From assembly GCA_964016885.1 (NCBI GenBank), contig OZ024743.1:31868001-31932000 (forward strand): 64,000 bases of DNA. Direction: 5' to 3'. This stretch comes from Eledone cirrhosa. Lineage: Eukaryota. This document shows positions 56,471 to 64,000 of the stretch, one piece after another. Under the pieces are notes generated by a model. The model saw nothing but the letters and a program-made list of their open reading frames with translations, ran no database searches and was not told where the DNA came from. The stretch's first letter is position 1. Each line of letters opens with the position of its first letter. The position numbers were made by a program, and so were the translations under genes.

Positions 56471-57255
56471 TATTGTTCTGCATCCTCCTGCATTGAACTA
56501 CCTAGGTACTATGATATAACCTGTGTATTTGCTGGCATTAGCGTACATCTGTGCGCTTATGTTAGTTGATATATTAAATTATCTCTATATATATATATAT
56601 ATATAAATTCCTATATATGTATATAAATACGATTCTCGGTAATTTATATATAAATAATTATATAAAAATTAACGATTTTTTTTTTGGGGGGGGGGTAATT
56701 GTTTTATTTTTAAATAATTTTCTAGGACTTCTTGCACCATTTAAATTCTGAAATCCATCATCGACCTTTCTAAATTTGAAAGCTTCATCTTGCGACTACT
56801 TGGTTAATGTAACTTCCTATTGTGAGAAACGTAAATTTAATTTTCATATAAACATTATCGTCAAAATAGTGTAGTGCCAGGATGTGAAACTTGAGATTTG
56901 ATTGTTAGATCTATGTTGCCAGTCACGTGATTTTTTCTTTTTGTCTTACTGTAGCATCATTCAGTTTTAAGTACAATGATTCCGACATTAATGCGTCTAT
57001 TTCTGGAACGTCATATAAGATAGAAATATTTTCTCTAAATTTTCCCTATTCAGTTTTGGTCTGTGGAGTACAGACTTGTAATTACTCATCTGTTTATGTT
57101 GGATTTAGAAAGTTTATTATTCTAAACGAACTTTAAGAGATTGATATAAAAATAGCAAATGGATAGAGAAAAATAAGAAACGAGAACATAATCCTGTTTT
57201 TTTTTCATACGAAAATAAACGTTATTCAGGTGTAAACCAACATACACACGCACAT

Positions 57256-57349
<94 letters not shown>

Positions 57350-57352
57350 GAC

Positions 57353-57915
57353 GTGTGGTGTGTGTGTCACTTCTTGGATGTGTTTAAGTTAAACGATTAT
57401 CCGACAGCCACCGTGAAACGTGCTAGAAATAGGAAAAATCACATTCGAAGCATGAACTCCACCAAAACCTGCTTCCTGAAGTTCCTACATATCAGTGATA
57501 ACACAACAACAGCTATCCGCAGGGCCATCCGAAGAGAAGGACTAGACTTACAACTAGCTCATTCGGGGCCCTCACTACGCGGACAACTATCTAGGAGACG
57601 ACCTAGATAACACAACTGACGCTGTACGCTGGCCAACTCTCCCATCGATAACACAGACATATGCCATCAAGCATACGTCGTGTACATAGTCCAGTGTAAT
57701 AAATGCGACTTCTATATAGGTATCACTACCAGACACTAACGCTTCCTCATTCAAGAAATACTTACAGAAATGCAAAAACATCACAAAAAAATAACAGCTA
57801 TGGTTGAAACAAAAGAAGGAAATCTGGGCAACTCAGAATTAAGGAAGCATTAATCATAGCCAGAACACACCCGCAAATCAATAATAGACTAGAACTAAGG
57901 AGACAATATCTAACA
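57353..57915 (+). mobile_element. Penelope-like GIY-YIG endonuclease remnant
   Basis: FKLNDYP (thumb end); VVYIVQCNKCDFYIGITTR at ~57677-57733; RIKEALII..PQIN. Confidence 0.7.
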
Positions 57916-58510
57916 TAGAATTAGGCACTCAACACCGAACTTATAATGCTACGGGACTCTACAAATAAGGGCACACATAGGCCCGCTTACAAGCACATTA
58001 TCCATCCGGAGAAATTGTGTATATGCATTCATGTGTTTACCCGATTCTACCCATGCCTGTTTGCGTATTTGCGTGCGTGCTTACACAGACACACACACAC
58101 ACAAACACACACTTGTATGCATGCACATGTGTGTCAGCGCGTATTAATATACATGCAAATAAGCGGATTTAAAGGAAAACAACTGTGTGTCACTTTGAGC
58201 TGTCCAGACCTTGGTTTTAACACAAAGGATGTTTGGAAAAAAAACCACTTCCGGTCAGCATGATATAGCACGCCGCATCGAACACTGGAATAGTTCCTTT
58301 ATTTTACTCATCCGTAGAGATATTAATGAAGAATTATCAGTACATATGAATAGATTAAGGTAAAAAACAAGCCCTGTATCTTACGATTTAATTATTTTCC
58401 GTTGAAATATGCATTGACATGGCTGTAAAACTTCGAATTCTTTATACCATATACAATGCTTCAAGTAAACTACAAATTCCTTATATATGTATATATATAT
58501 ATATATATAT

Positions 58511-58892
58511 AAAATATATAGCTTTCACCGTATTTTTGACTAAAGGAATTTTAGCCTGATATTGGGGTTTACAACCCTCAGATAAATGGAAAAAGATGAG
58601 TATTGACGTACATGGGAGTCGAACCCACATCTTTGGTTATCCCGACCACTGTGCTACCATTACACCAACAGATCAATATGATGGCTGATGTGTTGGTGTA
58701 ATGGTAGCACAGTGGTCGCGATAACCAAAGATGTGGGTTTGACTCCCATGTACGTCAATACTCATCTTTTTCCATTTATCTGAGGGTTGTAAACCCCATT
58801 ATCAGGCTAAAATTCCTTTAGTCAAAAATACGGTGAAAGCTATATATTTTCTAATTTCAAACCTGCTCACTGTTTCAAAACATACTTACTTG
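58511..58892. repeat. Family C fold-back (~165-bp arms, apex 58676-58685, ~42-bp tail)
   Basis: Arms are nearly perfect reverse complements; (TA)n on both sides. Confidence 0.9.
58687..58757 (+). tRNA. tRNA-like cloverleaf (mirror copy 58604-58674 on -); probably not a functional tRNA
   Basis: GATGTGT/GTACGTC-A acceptor, GTGT/GCAC D stem, TGGT/ACCA with 7-nt loop, GTGGG-TT(C/T)GACT-CCCAT; anticodon loop differs among copies. Confidence 0.5.
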
Positions 58893-58929
58893 ATATATAT
58901 ATATATATATATATACATACATGGGAAAA

Positions 58930-59224
<295 letters not shown>

Positions 59225-59333
59225 AGTTAAAGTGAAGTAGTTTCAGATGTTGAAGTCCTTTATTACTCCGTCACTCCTATGTGGAAAAAGTACGTTGAGT
59301 GCTTGAATTGAATTGCATCAATATTTACCCTAA

Positions 59334-59463
<130 letters not shown>

Positions 59464-59562
59464 TTGAGGTTGGTAATGGCACATGGAATATATAAGAGAC
59501 AGAATACTTTTTTGTGAAAAAACATATAATTTTATAAGGTAAGGAAATAATAAAGGGTATAA

Positions 59563-59610
59563 AAAATGACCGGTTTCGATGGGTCTGCAAAAGCCATCTT
59601 TTCAAATGTT
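59563..59610 (-). ncRNA. pLTR minimal hammerhead with U3-A8 core
   Basis: aacat TTGAAAA GATGG-cttttgcagac-CCATC GAA ACCGGT C atttt; GUC site; copies at 31703-31750 (-) and 33875-33922 (+, A15.1 mutated). Confidence 0.65.
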
Positions 59611-59980
59611 GATTAATATTAAGAAAAATTAATAATACGAAGAGTTAAAATTTGAGATTTGAAAATTCATTATAAAATTCATTGTGGGATTTCATAGTAG
59701 TTTTCATCTAGGTAGCAACAACGAGTTGACTGCTGTGTCCCTTTCTGGTAGTGAATGAGAAGTTATTTGGGGTGTGGGTTATTTTATAAAGGTCAGATTT
59801 AGCAATGGCCAACTGGCCAGCTGCTGGTCAGTGAGGGGGTGGAAGCAATATACATACATATATCTTCCTGTGGTGGGTAGGAGAGTGGAGCGTGATAGAA
59901 AGGGATTTAGTGCACTTACACCTATATATACACACATACTTTCATCCACACATACATACATATACATATACATCCACATA

Positions 59981-60022
<42 letters not shown>

Positions 60023-60049
60023 CACACATACATACACACACACATACAT

Positions 60050-60084
<35 letters not shown>

Positions 60085-60307
60085 TATATACACATACACA
60101 CACATATATATATATGCACACACACACATACATATATATACATACACATACATCCAGATACACACATACATACACACACACACATATATATATACACATA
60201 TATATATATATATATACACACACACCCACACATACATACACACACACACATATATATACATACACACACACACACATATATATATACACATACACACACA
60301 TATATAT

Positions 60308-60342
<35 letters not shown>

Positions 60343-60797
60343 CACATACGCATACATCCAGATACACATACATACACACACACGCACACACAATACATAC
60401 ATCCACGTGCACACACATACACATACACACACACACACATATACACATACATACACCCACACACAGAGAAATGGCCTCCAAATATATATATATATACATA
60501 CATACACATATATTTTTTCCATAATATAAGAAGTTGGGACAGTGAAATTAAAATACAAGTCATTCTGATCACATTGAGTTCTTCGTGTAGATTGGGCCCC
60601 GCAACCGACAGTGGTGAATTCTGTGTGCGCATATATATATATAGATATATGTGTGTGCACGTGCAGGGTTTAACATGGATGTGTTGGTCACACAAAGGCA
60701 TGGTCTGTCAACGAATAAACCTGATTCTACAGAATTGGTCTCTGGTCTTTAATAGTAGTGATTCCGTGCGTATGTGTGTTTATATTTTATGACAATT

Positions 60798-63700
60798 CTA
60801 TTGGGGTGATAACCTGTTTAGTTTTGGTTTAAATTTGTTAAGGAATAGATTTTCTTTGTTTATTCTTTGTTGCTGTGTGAACGAATCTGAGCACTTGTAG
60901 AATGGGAAGATTTTAAAGTTGGGTAGTGTCATTCCTGCGCAGTTCGCAATATGGCTGCTCAAGGGGATTTTTCTTGTGTTAGCGTCCCGGATTTGTTGGC
61001 GGTGGATGGTCATTCTTTTGCGTAATGAGGTGCCCGTCTGTCCTATGTAGTTGTGTTTGCACCCACCGCAAGTTATTGCGTAAATCAAGTTCTCCGAGTT
61101 GCAGGTGAAATTGTTTTTTACTGTAAATATTTGGCCATCTTTGAATGTAAATGTTTGTCCTTCAGTGAGGTAGAGGCGCGTTCCACAGTTTGTTCTACCA
61201 CATTTGGTAACTGTAGGGTTGAGGATTGGTTTGGGTATATTTGGTCCAGTGAGAATGCGTTTAAGTGATTTGGGTTGTCTTTTACTTTTAAGGATCTTGT
61301 GTGTTTCAAGAATAGACTTCATTTTTACATCTTTAAGTAGGATGGGGAGGTTTTTGTGTAGGTGATCAAACATTTCGGTATTTCTGGGGTTGAAAGTGGA
61401 TACATATGGCAGGGTGTTGAGTGTGGTTTTCTGTTTTGGATTGTTAAGTTGATGGGGATTTAGGTGTTTTGCCCTGTCTATTCCATTGTTGATTATTTCA
61501 AGTGGAAAGGCTCTTAAGATAAGGGTGTCTTTTAGTTCCTTTAGTCTTTGCTCCCATTTAGGTGGATCTGATACTATGGTACATATACGTTTGGCCAAAT
61601 TGTAAGGAATGTTAAGTTTTGTATGTTTTGGGTGACTTGATGTGAAAAAGAGGTATTGCTTGGAATCTGTGGGTTTATAGAATATATCTGTATCTAATTT
61701 CCCGTCTATTACAGAGATGAGAATATCCAAGAAGGCTAATTCCTTAGGATTGGATTCCATTGTGAATTGTCTGTTGAAATCTATGTTGTTTATCATGTTT
61801 TTAAACGTAGTAAGTGAGTTCATGTCTTCTTGCCATAGGATAAAGCAGTCGTCTAGATATTTTTTCCAATTGGCTTTGAGGTGTGTGTGGAAAGAGTCTC
61901 CAAATAAGAGAAGGGGTTGACTGTATATTTGTTGTTCATGGAATCCCATGACTAGGTTGGCATATGTGGGTGCTACTTTCGTGCCCATTGCCGTACCTCA
62001 TACTTGTCTGTATGTTGAACCATTGAATGTGAAGTAGTTATTTTGTAGGATAAAGCGGAGTCCGTCAGTGATAAAATCTGTGTTGATGCGTGTCGGTATT
62101 TCTGATGGGTGTGTGTTAAGCCAGTATTGGACTGCTGTTATTCCATAGTTGTGGGGTATGTTTGTGTAGAGGTTTATTACGTCAAAGGAGACAAGAATTG
62201 TATTTGCACTTACTGTTTTAGGGAGGTGTTTCAGCATGTCAAGGTCATCTCGTATGTAGCTCTGTATATGTTGTAGAAAGGGTTTCAGTAGGATGTCCAG
62301 AAAGTTGTTAAGTCTGTGGGTTTCACATGTAGGGCCTGCTATAATTGGCCTGAGTTTTAGGTCTTCTGGTGGTGTTAGTTCAATGTAATTGTTGGTTGAG
62401 GTGTCACATGCATCGTTTATGGGTTTACATTTGTGGAGTTTCGGTAAGCCGTAAAAAGAGCTTGTATTGCATTTGAAGTGGCTTATATAGTTAAACTCTT
62501 TTGTGGTTAAGCTGTTGCGGTATTTATTCAGTAAGGTCAAAAGGTTCCCCATTGTTTTGGTGTGTTTGTAGTTTTCTGTTTTTTCATAGTATGTGTTGTT
62601 TTCTAAAATGTTAAGTGCGAGGGTCCTATAGTAGTCCGTATTCATAATGACAACAGTACTGCCTTTATCGGCTTCTTTGATAGTTATCTCAGGGTTGTTT
62701 CTAAGTGTGAATAATTCTTCCCATTCGTGTGTAGATAGGTTTGATTTCGTGTGTTTATTTGTAATTTTTTCATAGGGAAAGTTGGTGATGTGTTCGCAGT
62801 ACGTGTCCAGTGCTTTATTTCTTCCCTTTTGTGGGCAGAAATTGCTTTTATTTCTAACCAGTGATTCGTCTTCAGTGCTGGTGTCGTTGTGGAAGAATTC
62901 CGTTAGTCGCAGCTTTCGGCAGTATTCCATGATGTCATCCTTCATTTCGGGGAAGTTTGGTTTACGTGGTGTAGGTGTAAATTTCAGGCCCTTACTTAAA
63001 ATGTTGATTTGTGTGTTGGTTAGAGGTGTCTTTGAGAGGTTGATTATTTTTGGTTTCTCCTGAGGGGGGGGGGGGGCATCGAGTATCCTGGTATTTCAGG
63101 CTTTTCCCTAAAAAAGGAATGTAGTTTTGTGTGTGATTATATTTTGTTGGTCTGTTGCGTGTGGGTCTGTAGCTTGTTGTTTCATGAGGGTGAATGTGAT
63201 GGTGGGGGTGGTATGTGTTGTGGTTGTTGATGAGCAAGGGTTCTGTTGTTGGTTCATGTGGTCTGGGTGCGTTATTTCTGTGGTACAGAGTGTTGAGGTT
63301 GGGGGGTTGTCTTTTGTTGGATTGAGGGTGATGTCTGGTGTGGTTGTGGGTAAGTTCTGTTGTGATTTCAAGTGGTCTGGGTGGATTTCTTCTGGGGAAT
63401 GTGGTGTGTGTGTTGTGAGTTGGATCTATGTTATTTCGTCGTTGGTTTATGTAGGGGGCATTTCTACGGAAACCTGTGTTGTGGTGGTTGGGTGTGTTTC
63501 TTTTGGTGTAGTTGGCCGTATTTGGTTTGTGTTGGTGGGGGATGTGCCTGTGGTTAGTGTGTGTTGGGTTTGGTGGTGTAAATGTGTCTGTTGTAGTTCT
63601 TGTTATGTTCAAATGCTTTATAAAGGGGTTACTTGTTTGGTGCGTCCTTTTAAAGTCTTCTTCATATTTGAGGAACCAGTTTTCGGATTTTTTCCACCGT

Positions 63701-64000
63701 TTAAGGGAAATAATTTCTGCATTCTCGCAGTCCTGTTTCCACGATTTGATTAAATTTTGTAGGGTTGTTCCCTCGGCCTTTTTAGTGCATTCTTCCTCCA
63801 TATTTTTATCAGTATCCTTATACGCTTGCTCGTTTGAGGTGGCCCTTAATTTTAGGAGTTCTATTTCCATGTTTATCCTGTTGAGTGACATTTGTTCACG
63901 GAGTTTTCTTTCTGGTTCAGGTTCGTTTGTAATATGCTTTATTTGGAATTTACGTGGTAAAACTATCGGTGTTGAGTTAATCCATTTTTGGTAAATTCCT
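60798..64000 (-). pseudogene. PLE RT/GIY-YIG polyprotein; one stop (61998-62000) and a frameshift near the G-run at ~63064-63076
   Basis: KEADKG, YGLPKLHK, LRPIIAG, SFDVINLYTNIP, GTAMGTKVAPTYANL, YLDD, KCGRTNC, LIYAITCGGCKHNYIGQT. Confidence 0.9.

Noticed and set aside
58604-58757. Functional tRNA genes
   Set aside because: Many G-U pairs in the acceptor stem, unstable anticodon loop lacking U33 in two copies, and embedded in a dispersed repeat
58780-58845. CTGAGGG..GAAAGCTA as an HHR in family C
   Set aside because: A9 is absent and stems I/II do not pair

Overview
AT-rich, microsatellite-saturated eukaryotic DNA, most likely an octopus/coleoid cephalopod (inferred from the SINE family and repeat landscape). 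I find no convincing host gene; nearly all short ORFs are (TA)n/(CA)n/(GA)n artefacts. The window holds three stacked, disrupted non-LTR retrotransposons separated by (TAA)n tracts: two R4/Dong-clade RLE elements (+) and one Tx1/L1-clade APE element (-). It also holds a Penelope-like element (PLE; RT + GIY-YIG) running off the right edge, several PLE, LINE and Helitron remnants, and tRNA-derived SINEs with target-site duplications. The main unexplained signal is more than a dozen type I hammerhead-ribozyme (HHR) motifs, found by eye, in about 8 unrelated small repeat families. Many have a minimal palindromic stem III, two families have a U3-A8 core, and one has a U4C core. Most sit in asymmetric fold-back elements between (TA)n tracts, and one family forms a tandem ~405-bp HHR-to-HHR array resembling a retrozyme/circRNA template. 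All ribozyme calls are manual structure matches, untested computationally or experimentally.
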